Source: Squalus acanthias (Eukaryota). Taken from it: DNA of 64,000 nucleotides. The stretch is taken from NCBI GenBank assembly GCA_030390025.1, contig CM059431.1, positions 114,020,001 through 114,084,000 on the forward strand, given 5' to 3'. The notes under the pieces were generated by a model that saw only the letters and a program-made list of their open reading frames with translations, made no database searches and was not told where the DNA came from. Each line of letters begins with the position of its first letter. Within the stretch, counting starts at the first letter, position 1. The position numbers and the translations under genes were made by a program. This document shows, one piece after another, positions 39,069-50,900 of the stretch.

Positions 39069-39875
39069 CAGTGCTGTCCAATGTTAGCTTCTAGCTATAT
39101 CTGGTTAATTTAGAATCTGGACGTGGTTAATTGAATTTTTGATTAGTAAATTAAAAAAATGAACAGACACCATCACTGGGTAGGTGATCTCAATATTTAT
39201 ATTTGCACGATGTATGCATATGTATTTTAACCATTTTGTGCCTTTGTTGGCAAGATGTAAAGCCGAGCGTCCAAGTGATTTTTGATCGTTGTGCGTACTT
39301 TACTTCCTTGGTTACTGCTTATTGATTATCTGCTAAAATGGTGTGTAACACGGGTGAAAACGCCAGATTTCAGCACCATGGAAACACCAGCAACATTGTA
39401 TGGAGACAGACCAATCGGAATTACTGCTCCAGGCCAGCAGAAGAAAGCAAGTCCAATCAATAACGAGCAGCTCCAGCACGACACGTCATGGAAAAGGGCA
39501 AACAGTTTCCAAACTGCGTTCTGGATGGAGAGCGGGGCAGGTCTGGTGCATCTCATTGCCGAGAATGTTGACTCGCACAATCACACTGATGAAGTCAGAG
39601 TGCGGCTCGCAACTGATGGACAAAAACCCAGAAGCTGCACTAAGATGTGCCGTGTCTGAGAAATCCATGCCAGGATTCAAACCTTTGGTGAAAGAGAAAG
39701 ACTGCCACGTTTTTGCTCTAAATGGCGGTAGCTGTTTAAATAAATACACACGCGTGAAATACATTTACCTTTATTGTGTGTGAGGCGTTTTCTACTAAAA
39801 TTAGTGCACGTGGTTAAAACGGCATTGCAGTAGCTACCCATGTGGCTAGTCAGCGATTTCTATTGGATAACACTG
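39069..39875. mobile_element. Non-autonomous hAT (Charlie-like) transposon with transposase C-terminal relic
   Basis: TIRs cagtgctgtccaat / attggataacactg; perfect 8-bp TSD GTTTATAC; relics LCESTFSAM (-) and MKSECGSQLMDKNPEAALRCAVS...PGFKPLVKEKDCH (+). Confidence 0.88.
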
Positions 39876-41138
39876 GTTTATACAAATGTAGGATTCAGTT
39901 TTGTTAACTTAACTCAATTAACCCTGGCCTTTTTATTTTCATCCAGCCAGAAAACGACAGACTTCAGAAGTCGAGGACAACCCTGAAGAACGTTATATTT
40001 TGTGGTGCAGGGAAGAGGGAAACTAAATTCAGGTACGTGCAAGTAAAGAAGAATACACAAACCAAAATTTCTTCCCCTCTTTTACACAGAGTCAACAAGT
40101 TACTTTTACTTGCTATAGAAATCACAAAATAGCTATCCCACGAACAATTCTCAACAGTCCTGGCTGTTCGATTGTCACATACACATCACGTGTATGTGAC
40201 AATCTCAACCTTTCAAGTAAAGTTCAACAGTTTAGTAACTTAATTATAGTGACCTCTTTACCTGCACCGAATCTTATCTTAAGGAAGCTTATCTTAATCT
40301 AAACTATATCCGAAGAGTAGGAAGGAGGTACAAATAGATAACTTTTAATATAAATACATGCATACCCTTTGTTATATAAAGGCAGTATTTCTGATCTATA
40401 TAGAGATAGAGTCATTGCTATTCCAGGTGATTTGTTCATTTATAGGAGCAAACCCGTGGTAAATCCATAATTAAGAAGTCAGCGAATAGTGTAGTAGAAT
40501 AGCTCTCTATGTTACTCCTTAGGTGCCACCAGGTAAAGTCAGAGCCTATTCTTTCAATACTAGGGCAACTTCACCAGGATTTCAATAATGCTGGGCATGT
40601 CAAACATTGCAGGTTGCAGCCATGCATTCCATGTGAAAATGAAAGACAGAATGACATCTGGTTACTTTGTGTCTGCGATGGCTTAAAAAAAAATTCAAAT
40701 ATACACTCTCAACAAGATTACTTATTCTTTTAAAAATGCATGAAAAAGGTACTATTTGGTAAACACTCGGGCAGTTTTTGGTCTGAATCTTTTGATACTG
40801 ACTGCATGTACGATAGTTACCAAGCCCTCCAGTTTATCTTTCAATGCTGTATTTCCCTCTTGGATTAAGACCAGAAAGACTTGTAAACTATGAGGCAGAC
40901 TAAAGGTATTCTGTACTGTTTGGCACAGCTGAGAGCTCACAGATAGTGAGAGAACTGGTACGCAGAACTTCCTTTTCGGCTGCTTTGTCAGAAATCTGTA
41001 GAATTATTTTTCTCAACATGAATATAAGTCTGGACAGTAAGTCACAAAGTAAAGCTGTGCAAAAGAAGGTAGCCCATTTAAACATATTGGCCATCCACTG
41101 TGTACACTATACAACATCGGGCTCGATAGGCTTTAAAA

Positions 41139-41754
41139 TCGGGGTTCTCAACCAGGGGTCTGAGAGAAGGTTTCAAGGCGTCCGCCAAAAATAACCAGAC
41201 GGTGTAGGTGCATGTTTATTACATGCTGAAAGCGCAGAAATTAACACGTTCCCTGGTTATGCAATACGCTCTCGCTTGACGCAAGGTGTAAGAGAGCTAT
41301 TTCAGCGGGAGCAAGATAAATGACAAAGAACAGGGCAAATCATTGTAAAGGCACATAATAAATACCAGATATGGATATTTTGGTGTGAATGCTCCGATGA
41401 ATACAGCACATCTTTTTCTGCAGCACTGAAAGTCCCATTTAGTACAACCTACTTATGCAAAGCTAGATTTTAGCAATGACATCAATGAAAACAAAGTACC
41501 AAGCCAGGATGAATACTGACCATGACATGCGCGTGTGCTCGTCAAAAATACCGCCACGTCGTGACAGAATTGTTGCTCAGCACAAGCAACAAGTTTCACA
41601 TTAAGTAAAACAAAAATAATAATAAATATACATGTTTAATTGTATTAACTAATTTTTATACAGAAAAAAACACTTGTGTCGTGTTACAGAAAGTCCGTGG
41701 AATTTTTGTAACACGGGAGGGGGACCTCAGAAGCAAAAAGGTTGAGAACCCCTG
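41139..41754. mobile_element. Non-autonomous hAT (Charlie/MER5-like) element
   Basis: TIRs ggggttctcaacc / ggttgagaacccctg; 8-bp TSD CTTTAAA(A/T). Confidence 0.82.
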
Positions 41755-42095
41755 CTTTAAATGCCCGATGCCAAAATTATTAGTCAATTTGTGAAGGAAG
41801 CAACTGTCACAACAAATGATTCAGTGTTGTAAATGGTGAAACTGGTTTTGATACTTAGGTCCTCAAAGTTTCATCTCCAGAGTATGTGCTACCTTGATAT
41901 ATTTCTATTTGTATACAAAGTTGAACAATTAAGGAAGGATGTTAAAATCGGTGGAGTACTGGATTATCAGTTGTTATCCTGACAAAGAAACAGCACTGCT
42001 ACGCTTTTAAAACATATACAAACTAAATTAAGCCTTTTATAACTGAACTGGGAACAAGCACCAAAGCAATTCAAGTCATTATAAAGAAGCCTTAC

Positions 42096-42231
42096 CCAGT
42101 ACTTCCTTGAATGGATTTTCAGATGTGATTGGAATCCTACAGGTTGGGCACTGGGTGCTGTTTTTCAGCCAAGACTGCATGCACATGAAGCAGAAGACAT
42201 GGTTGTTTGAACAGATAACTGGGTGACGTAC
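42096..42231 (-). CDS. OBI1: OBI1 coding exon 2 (rest of the RING finger)
   Basis: TTCTAG| acceptor, |GTAAG donor; 136 nt encoding VRHPVICSNNHVFCFMCMQSWLKNSTQCPTCRIPITSENPFKEVL+G, which completes a C3HC4 RING with exon 1. Confidence 0.95.
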
Positions 42232-42569
42232 CTAGAACATTCGCAAAATGGGCAATCATTGTGGTTAACACATTCACACAACTGGTTGTTTTAAATGAGC
42301 CTAATCATATCTGATAGTTTACTGTAGCAATACAGTGTCATGATGCATTGGTTAGAGACATGACTCCAATAATGAATTATGACGATTACATTACAAAATA
42401 ACATTCTGCAAAATATATTATCAATCACTTAGTTCCATTGAATTCTCCTCTTCTGAGCAGCGATCTCCATATCTAAACTAGCACAAGTGACCGTATAAAT
42501 ATAACAAGTACACATAATTATAGCACTTAAAGCCCATTTCATCAAAAATACTTGAGTTTGCTTATGTCA

Positions 42570-43015
42570 AGTCTCGGAGTCAAAGGGTCGTGGGTTCAAG
42601 TCCCACTCCAGAGACATGAGCACACAATCTAGGCCGACACTCCAGTGCAGTGCTGAGGGAGTGTTGCACTGTCAGAGGTGCCGTCCTTCGGATGTGACGT
42701 TAAACTGGGGTCCCGTCTGTCCTCTCAGGTGGATGCAAACGTATTCAAAGAGCAGGGGAGTTATCCCCGGTGTCCTGGCCAATATTTATCCCTCAATCAA
42801 CATCACTAAAAAAAACAGATTATCTGGTTATTTATTTCATTGCTGTTTGTGGAACCTTACTTTGCGCAGATGGGCTGCCATGTTTCCTACATTACAACAA
42901 CGACTACACTTCAAAAGTCGTCTTCTTCTTAGGCAGTACTGCAGTATTGGCTGCAAAAACACTTTAGGATATCACGAGCTTGTGGAAGGTACTATTTAAA
43001 TACAAGTCTTTATTT
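42570..43015 (+). mobile_element. Deu-domain SINE (SacSINE1-like)
   Basis: B-box ggttcaagtccc, Deu core and tail. Confidence 0.85.
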
Positions 43016-43699
43016 TTTAACACATTTTTGTGGTCATGCAAATTTGCCTTTTATAAGCACAAGAAACATCATAAAAAGCAACCTTTTGCAATGCTCAACC
43101 ACTTCTGTTGCTGTCACACGTGCCATGATCACAGTTTACAATAATGACACACAGTATGACTTGAACAAATACTGTTAACTAACATACGGAGCTGCTCAGA
43201 TCAAACCGCTTTCTTTTCCTAATTCAAAAATATGTTGCAAAGCGATACCAGGCAAGTTAAGGCAAGTGTTCAGTTTAATGAAAAAGACGCGAAACACACG
43301 AAAAGCTCTTGGGGGGCGGGATGCATATTTTTAAAAAAATTTAAGTGCTCACTTGCCGGGCGTTGCAGCTGCCATTAACAGCACTTTGTTTTGATCGTTC
43401 AACAAAGTGATGCGGAAGTGGAGTCTAACCCAGAGAGAGAGAGAGAGAGTTGACGAGTTCCCTTCCTTCCTTTCAAACTTCAACTGGCTGTTCGGTGTGC
43501 ATTGGCAAGTTTGCATTGATTTAAAAGAAATGAGCGGTTGGGGGTGGGGGGAAGATAAAATACAAGGCTCTGTGTCCCAAATTTCACCATTATCATTTCC
43601 CAGTGCAGGTTAAATTGCATTTAACGAGGAGAGGAGGGAAACACGCGGCATAGAAAAAAATGCAGTGAAAAGAAAAGTTCGAGAAAAAAAATAATGCAC

Positions 43700-44052
43700 T
43701 TTCCCGACTAGTTTGGTTACAATTCTGCAAGAGTCCCAGTCCTCCCTGCTCTGCACTCCCTCCAGCGACCATCCCCCTGCGCGAGTACAGTACCTTCCCC
43801 AGGCAGATCTGGCACGAGATGGGCAGAGTGAGGTTCAGTGTAACATTCTGAACGTTCTGAAGCGCCGGCTTCTGCATTGTCCCTGGAATCTCGGCCCGGA
43901 GCACGCGGCCGGGAAAAGCCCCTGGTGCGCGCGGCCTCACTCTCCCTCCTTCCCTCCCCGCGGGTGCACGCGACCCCGCCTCCACCTTCTCCGCGCGCGC
44001 GTAACCCCACTTGCAACCAGCAGCGACGCCAGCACTTCAATCGCGGGGGCGA
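43700..44052 (-). promoter_or_regulatory. CpG island / promoter and 5' UTR of OBI1
   Basis: GC-rich and CpG-dense (e.g. ccgcgcgcgcg, tcgcggggcg), spanning exon 1, against a CpG-poor background. Confidence 0.8.
43794..43877 (-). CDS. OBI1: OBI1/RNF219 (ORC ubiquitin ligase 1) coding exon 1
   Basis: ATG at 43877; encodes MQKPALQNVQNVTLNLTLPISCQICLGK, matching the recalled human N-terminus (MAQTVQNVTLSLTLPITCHICLGK); donor AAG|GTACTG; lies in a CpG island. Confidence 0.93.
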
Positions 44053-44054
44053 TT

Positions 44055-44372
44055 AGTGCTTTCCCCTTTTCTTAGCTGCAACCTATCATTCTTTGTGATA
44101 TTGCATCAAACAATTCCGAACGGTTGTCTTATTTTCCAAGTGCTTTCTCCTTTCTTAGCCACAACCTATCTTTTTTGTGATATTGCATCAAACAATTCCG
44201 AAAGTTTCTCTTATTTTCCGAGTGCTTTCTCCTTTCTTAGCCATAACCTATCTTTTTTGTGAGATTGCATTAAAACATTCCGAACGGTTGTCTTATTTTC
44301 CAAGTGCTTTCCCCTTTCTTAGCCACAACCTATCTTTTTTTGTGATACTGCATCCCAAAAAAATCCGAGTTA
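44055..44372. repeat. Minisatellite, about 3.8 copies of an 82-84 bp unit
   Basis: Units AGTGCTTT(C/T)CCTTTCTTAGCCACAACCTATC...TTCCGAACGGTTGTCTTATTTTCC start at 44055, 44139, 44221 and 44303. Confidence 0.92.
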
Positions 44373-44454
44373 TGTAGTTTTAAACAATAGTTAAACCCTG
44401 CAGTGAGTTCAGTGATCTCTGCTGCAAAAATTCCCCCCACGCCCCCATAGAATT

Positions 44455-44555
44455 AAAAAAAAACAAAATGCTGCAAACACTCAGGTCAGGCAGCATCTGT
44501 GGAGAGAAACAGAGTTAATGTTTCAGGTCAAAGACCTTTCATCAGAACTAGAAAA
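44455..44555 (-). mobile_element. Penelope pLTR fragment with intact-core minimal hammerhead (44513-44549)
   Basis: Minus strand AGTT-CTGATGA-A-AGGTC ttt GACCT-GAAA-CA-TT-AACT, followed by the same pLTR tail as 35300-35400. Confidence 0.75.
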
Positions 44556-44689
44556 TAATTAAAAAGACTAAGGGAATGTTGGCCTTTATCTCAAGAGAGT
44601 GGAATGCAAGGGGTGGAAGTTATGTTACAGCTGTACAGAGCTCTGGTTAGACCTCATCTGGAGTACTGCATTCAGTTCTGGGCACCACA

Positions 44690-46190
44690 ACAACTTCTTA
44701 GGCAGTCCCTCGGAACCGAGGATGACTTGCTTCCACATTAAAAATGAGTTCGCAGGTGATGGATGAGGCCAATGCGGGAGCTACAGTCTCTGTCACAGTT
44801 GGGGCAGACGGTGGGTGGGGTGCTTGGGTTGATGTGCGCTGCCTGCGCTTGGCTTCCGCTTGCTCCTGGCGAAGAGACTCAAGATGTTCGGCGCCTTCCC
44901 GGATGCTTCTCCTCCACTTTGTGCAGTCTTGGGCCAGGGATTCCCAGGTGTCGGTGGGGATGTTACACTTTTTCAAGGAGGCTTTGAGGGAGTCCTTGAA
45001 GCGTTTCCTCTGCCCACCTGGTGCTCTCTTGCCGTGCCGGAGCTCCGAGTAGAGCGCTTGTTTTGGGAATCTTGTATCGGGCATGCAGACAATGTGACCC
45101 GTCCATCGGAGCTGATCGAGCGTGGTCAAAGCTTCGATGCTGGGAATGTTGGCCTGAGCGAGAACACTGATGTTGGTGCGCCTATCCTGCCAATGGATTT
45201 GCAGGATCTTGCGGAGGCAGCGTTGGTGGTACCTCTTCAGTGCTTTGAGGTGCCTGCTGTACATGGTCCATGTCTCTGAGGCATACAGCAGGGTGGGTAT
45301 CACTGCTGCTCTGTAGACCATGAGCTTAGTGCCGGGTTTGAGGTCCTGGTCTTCAAACACTCTCTTCCTCAGGTGACCGAAGGCTGCACTGGCACACTGA
45401 AGGCGGTGTTGGACTTCGTCATCGACGTCTGCCCTTTTTGACAGTAGGCTCCTGAGGTATGGAAAGTGGTCCATGTTGTCCAAGGCCTTATCGTGGATTT
45501 TGATAATCGGGGGGCAGTACTGCGTGGCGGGGGCAGGTTGGTAGAGGACCTTTGTCTTACAGATGTTTAGTGTAAGGCCCATGCTCTCGTATGCTTTGGT
45601 GAAGGTGTTGACGATGGTTTGGAGTTCGGCCTCCGAGTGAGCGCAGACGCAAGCGTCGACTGCATACTGTAATTCGACGACAGAGGATGGGATGACTTTC
45701 GATCTGGACTAGAGGCGACGGAGGTTGAACAGTTTCCCGTTTGTTCTGTAAATTAGCTCCACTCCAGTGGGGAGCTTACTGAGGGTGAGATGGAGCATTG
45801 CAGCAAGGAAGCATTGTCTGCCACAGGGAAAGTCATCGCAAGCATCCTCCTCAATCGCCTTCTCCCAGTGGCCGAAGAGCTCCTCCCAGAGTCGCACTGC
45901 AGATTCCGCCCACTAAGGGGCACAACAAACATGATCTTCACCGCACGTCAACTACAAGAGAAATGCAGGGAACAGCACCAACCGCTGTACATGGCCTTCT
46001 TTGATCTCACAAAGGCCTTCGACACTGTCAACCGTGAGGGATTATGGAGTTTCCTCCTCAAATTCAGCTGCCCTGAAAAGTTTGTCACCATCCTCCACCT
46101 GCTTCACGACGACATGCAAGCCATGATCCTGACCAACGGTTCCACCACAGACCCAATTCACGTACGAACCGGGGTCAAGCAAGGCTGTGT
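44690..46190 (-). mobile_element. RTE-clade LINE, 5'-truncated with an inverted 5' segment
   Basis: Minus: ELQYAVD...MGLTLNICKTKV...LLYASETWT...QLRWTGH...GGQRKRFKD (ORF 44698-45582); plus-strand piece of about 45812-46190 LSATGKVIASILLNRL...FFDLTKAFDTV...GVKQGCV. Confidence 0.92.
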
Positions 46191-46287
46191 CAGGAAGGAT
46201 ATATTGGCTTTGGGGATGCAGCGCAGATTCGCCAGAATGATACTGGGGCTAAAAGGGTTAAATTATGAGGACAGGTTGCATAGACTA

Positions 46288-46440
46288 GACATCTCTAACT
46301 TTTTCCAGTTCTGACGAAAGGTCACAGACATGAAACATTAACTCTGTTTCTCTCTCCACAGATGCTGCCTGACCTGTTGAGTATTTCAAGCCTTTTCTGT
46401 TTTTATTTCAGATTCCAGCATCCACAGTATTTTGCTATTG
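46288..46440 (+). mobile_element. Penelope pLTR fragment with minimal hammerhead motif (46307-46343)
   Basis: AGTT-CTGACGA-A-aggtc aca gacat-GAAA-CA-TT-AACT; near-identical downstream to 35300-35400. Confidence 0.75.
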
Positions 46441-46804
46441 CTTGTATTCCCTTGAATATAGAAGATTAAGGGGTGAACTAATTGACACGTTTAAAGGAGT
46501 TGATAGGGTAGAAAGAGATAAACTATTTCCTCTGGTGGGGGGAATCCAGAACATGAGGGCATAACCTTAAAAGTAGAGCTAGGCCGTTCAACCATGATCT
46601 AATTGAATGGCTTGAGAGGCTGAATGACCTACTCCTGGTCCTATCTTTCTATGAGATGAACAGCTTTTAAGCAAGTGCAGAGTCAGGGAAAAGGGGGCAG
46701 GGGAAGAGCAAAAGGAAAAGGTCTGTGATAGGGGTGGCGGCCAGGAGTGATTAAATGACAAAAGTAAAGATGGTGCAAGGCAAAAGGAGGTGATAATGAG
46801 TCAG

Positions 46805-47030
46805 CATCATACAGCACAGGAGGCCAATTTGGCCCATCAAGGCTGTGCCGGCTCTTTTAAAGAGCTATCCAATTAGTCCCAATCCCCTGCTCTTTTTCCA
46901 TAACCCTGCATTTTTTTCTCCTTTTCAAGTATTTATCCAATTCCCTTTTGAAAGTAACGATTGAAAATGCTTCCACCACGCTTTCAGGCAGTGCATTCCA
47001 GATCATGACAACTCACCGCATGTGACAAGT
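46805..47030 (-). mobile_element. CR1 3' fragment
   Basis: Reverse complement of the subfamily at 1909-2357 (ctggaatgcactgcctgaaag). Confidence 0.8.
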
Positions 47031-47112
47031 ATAGAAACAAATGATGGGTCCAGAGGAGGTGCAAAAGGTTTATTTTGTATTGTGGTTGACACCATTCCCA
47101 AAGTAACACAAT

Positions 47113-47854
47113 GGCCCAAAAATTAGTGCCGCTACGCGAGAGTACGCACTGCGTACTCTCGCGTATTCTGTCTCCAATTGCCGGTTTTCTGCATGCACTG
47201 CGCATGCGCTGAAAACCGGCACTTGGTGAATGGAAAAGGGGGCGGGTCCTAGGTGAACCGCGTGCGCGCTACAGGCTGCGCGCACGCTGTGCACTTAGTG
47301 GTTTCAACGCGCAGGTAAGTACGGAAGATTCTACACATAAAAAAAGGAGGAGTAAGACCCACTTTTAACAAGGTAAGTAGTGAATTAAGTATTATTTTGA
47401 ATTTTTTTTAACAGGAATATCTTTTTTAGAGACTTTAAAGACAGGTAAGTTTATTTTTATAACTTTTTAAAAGATTTTAAATTTTTTCAAAAATTTTATT
47501 TTTTATTTAAAATGGTTAATTTATTTAACTATACTTATTTTATTAATGTGATGGTTTTTTTAAAATTTAATTGAGGTTTAGCGGTTCTTTTGGGGGGCTA
47601 TAGTATTCATAACTTTCACAGCACTTATGTGAAAGTTATGAATGGAAGATGGTGTGCTGCCATTGGCTCTAACTGAGTCACGTGATCCCACAGCTCGCAC
47701 GAATTAACTCCGCCGGTGGGATACGCAAGCCCAGCACAGCAGCTGTCCAGAACATCAAGTTCGTGCGAGCTGGAACTGAAAAAGCCAACGCGCAGTGAGA
47801 GATCGCGTAGAAGCCTTACCCTCGCACGAAGGCTTCCTCACGAATTTATGGGCC
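47113..47854 (-). mobile_element. Harbinger-type MITE, copy A (diverged, reverse orientation)
   Basis: TIRs ggcccaaaaatt / aatttatgggcc; TSD AAT; AT-rich core with GC-rich hairpin arms. Confidence 0.85.
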
Positions 47855-47955
47855 AATACTTGCACCCATTTTAATGACAGCAACTGCTGAACTGTGGAAT
47901 GACTGAGCTGGAGTTTGCAGTGGTAATGAATAGTGGATCTCCTGTGGCATTGCAC

Positions 47956-50900
47956 AGAGATACATAGAAGATAGGAGCAGGAGTAGGCCATTCGGCCCAT
48001 CGAGCCTGCTCCGCCATTCGATGAGATCATGGCTGATCATCCAAACTCAGTACCCTGTACCTGCCTTCTCCCCATATCCCTTGGTACCTTTAGCTTTAAG
48101 AAATATATCTAACTTATTCTTGAATATATTTAATGACTTGGCCTCAACTACCTTCTGTGGTAGAGAATTCCACAGGTTCACCACTCTCTGGGTGAAGAAA
48201 TTCTTCCTCATTTCTGTCCTAAATGGCTTACCCCTTATCCTTAGATTATGACCCCTGGTCCTGGACTCTCCGACCATCGGGAACATTCTTCCTGCATCTA
48301 GTTTGTCCAGACCTGTCAGAATTTTATATGTTTCGATGAGATCCCCTCTCATTCTTCTATACTCCAGCGAGTATAAGCCCAATCAACCCAATCTCTCCTC
48401 ATATGTCATTCCTGCCATCCCAGGTATCAGCCTTGTGAATCTTCGCTGAACTCCTTCCATGGCAAGAACATCCTTCCTCAGATAAGGCGACCAAAACTGC
48501 ACACAGTACTCAAGGTGTGGTCTCACCAAGGCCCTGTACAACTGCAGCAGGACATCCCTGTTCCTATACTCAAACCCTTTCGCTATGAAGGCCAACATAC
48601 CATTTGCCTTCTTCACCGCCTGCTGCACCTGCATGCTTACTTTCAGCGACTGGTGCACAAGGACACCCAGGTCTCGTTGCACTTCCCCTTCGCCCAATCT
48701 ATTGCCATTCAGATAATAGTCTGCCTTTCTGTTTTTGACACCAAAGTGGATAACCTCGCATTTATCCACGTTATATTGCATCTGCCACGCTTCTACCCAC
48801 TCACCCAACCTGTCCAAATCATCCTGGAGTTTCTCGGTATCCTCCTCGCAGCACACACTCCCACCCAGCTTTGTGTCATCTGCAAACTTGGAGATATTAC
48901 ATTTAGTTCCCTTATCCAGATCATTAATGTATATTGTGAATAGCTGGGGTCCAAGGATGAATCCCTGCGGTACCCCACTAGTCACTGCTTGCCACTCGGA
49001 AAAAGACCCATTAATTCCTACTCTCTGCTTTCTGTCCGCCAACCAGTTCTCCATCCAAGTCAATACCTTGCCCCCAATCCCATGTGCCTTAACTTTACAC
49101 GCTAATCTCTTATGTGGGACCTTATCGAAAGCCTTTTGAAAGTCCAAATACACCACATCTACTGGTTCTCCCTTATCTATTTTCCCAGTTACATCCTCAA
49201 AAAATTCCAGTAGATTAGTCAAGCACGATTTACCTTTTGTAAATCCATGTTGACTTTGTCCGATCCTGTCACTGTTTTTCAAGTGCTCAGCTATTACATC
49301 CTTTATAATGGACTCTAGCATTTTCCCCACTACCGATGTCAGGCTTACCGGTCTGTAATTCCCCGCTTTCTCTCTACCACCCTTTTTGAATAGTGGGGTA
49401 ACATTAGCTACCCTCCAATCCATGGGTACAGTTCCAGATTCCATCGAATGTTGGAAGATGATCAGCAATGCATCTACTATTTCTAGGGCCACTTCCTTAA
49501 GTACCCTAGGATGTAGATTATCAGGCCCTGGGGATTTATCGGCCTTCAATCCCGTCAATTTCCCTAACACCATTTCCCTGCAAATACTGATTTCTTTCAG
49601 TTCCTCCCTTTCATCAGACCGTATGTTCTCCAACATCTCTGGGAGGTTATTTGTGTCCTCCTTTGTGAAGACAGAACCAAAATATGCATTTAATTGGTCT
49701 GCCATTTCTTTGTTCCCCATTATAACTTCCCCCGCTTTTGACTGCAAGGGACCTACACTTGATTTCACTAATCTTTTTCTCTTCACATATCTATAAAAGC
49801 TCTTACAGTCAGTTTTTATGTTCCCAGCAAGCTTACTTTCATATTCTATTTTTCCTTCTTAATTAATCCCTTTGTCCTCCTTTGTTGAATCCTAAACTGC
49901 TCCCAATCCTCAGGGTTACCGCTTTTTCTGGCCAATTTATATGCCCTCTCCTTGAATCTTATGCTATCCCTAATTTCCCTTGTTAGCCACGGTTGAGTCA
50001 CCCTTTTTGTTTTATTCTTATGCCACACTGGGATGAACAAATTCTGTAGTTCATCCATGCAGTCTTTGAATGTTTGCCATTGCCTATCCACCGTCAACCC
50101 CTTGAGTGACATTCCCCAATCAATCCTACCCAATTCACGCCTCATACCATCGTAGTTTCCTTTATTTAAATTCAGGACCCTAGTCTCTGATTCAACTACT
50201 TCACTCTCCATCCTAATGAAGAATTCTATCATATTATGATCACTCTGACCCAAGGGGCCTCGTACAACAAGATTGCTAAATAATCCGTTCTCGTTACATA
50301 ATACCCAGTCTAAGATGGCCTGATCTCTGGTTGGTTCCTCGACATATTGTTCCAGAAAACCATCCCGTAAACATTCTAGGAATTCCTCCTCCACAGTATT
50401 TTTACTAATTTGGTTAGCCCAATCTATATGTAAATTAAAGTCACCCATGATGACTGCTGTGCCCTTACTGCATGCTTCTCTAATTTCCCTTTTAATGCCA
50501 TCCCCAACCTCCGTATTACTGTTTGGAGGTCTATATACCACTCCCACTAACGTTTTCTGCCCCTTGTTATTTCTCAGTTCTACCCATACAGATTCCGCAT
50601 CATCAGAGCTAATATCCTTCCTTTCAATTGTGTTAATCCCCTCTTTAACCAGCAATGCTACGCCACCTCCCTTTCTTTTTTGCCTATCTTTCCTAAATAT
50701 TGAATAACCCTGGATGTTGAGTTCCCAGCCTTGGCTACCCTGGAGCCATGTTTCTGTAATCCCAATCAAATCGTATTCATTTACCTCTATTTGCGCAGCT
50801 AATTCATCCACCTTGTTCCAAATGCTCCTTGCATTAAGACACAAAGCCTTCAGGCTTGTTTTTTTAATGCTCTCAGGGCAACACGGTGGCATAGTGGTTA

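Larger units (their letters stand above)
44565..46652 (+). mobile_element. CR1 3' fragment, split by the RTE and a PLE pLTR
   Basis: GMLAFISR...[20 protein letters not shown] (44565-44690) resumes RKDILAL..MQRRFARMI at 46190 and again at about 46440 through the 3' UTR. Confidence 0.8.

Noticed and set aside
43878..43985. 36-codon in-frame N-terminal extension of OBI1 in the ORF track
   Set aside because: Starts at GTG in GC-rich, stop-poor DNA; similarity to known OBI1 starts near the ATG at 43877
44034..44050. CDE/CHR- or E2F-like motif (CCCGCGATTGAA on minus) in the OBI1 promoter
   Set aside because: Non-canonical short match; TSS unknown and conservation not testable here
44055..44372. 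Regularly spaced repeats as a CRISPR array
   Set aside because: No unique spacers, whole units repeat, vertebrate context and no cas genes
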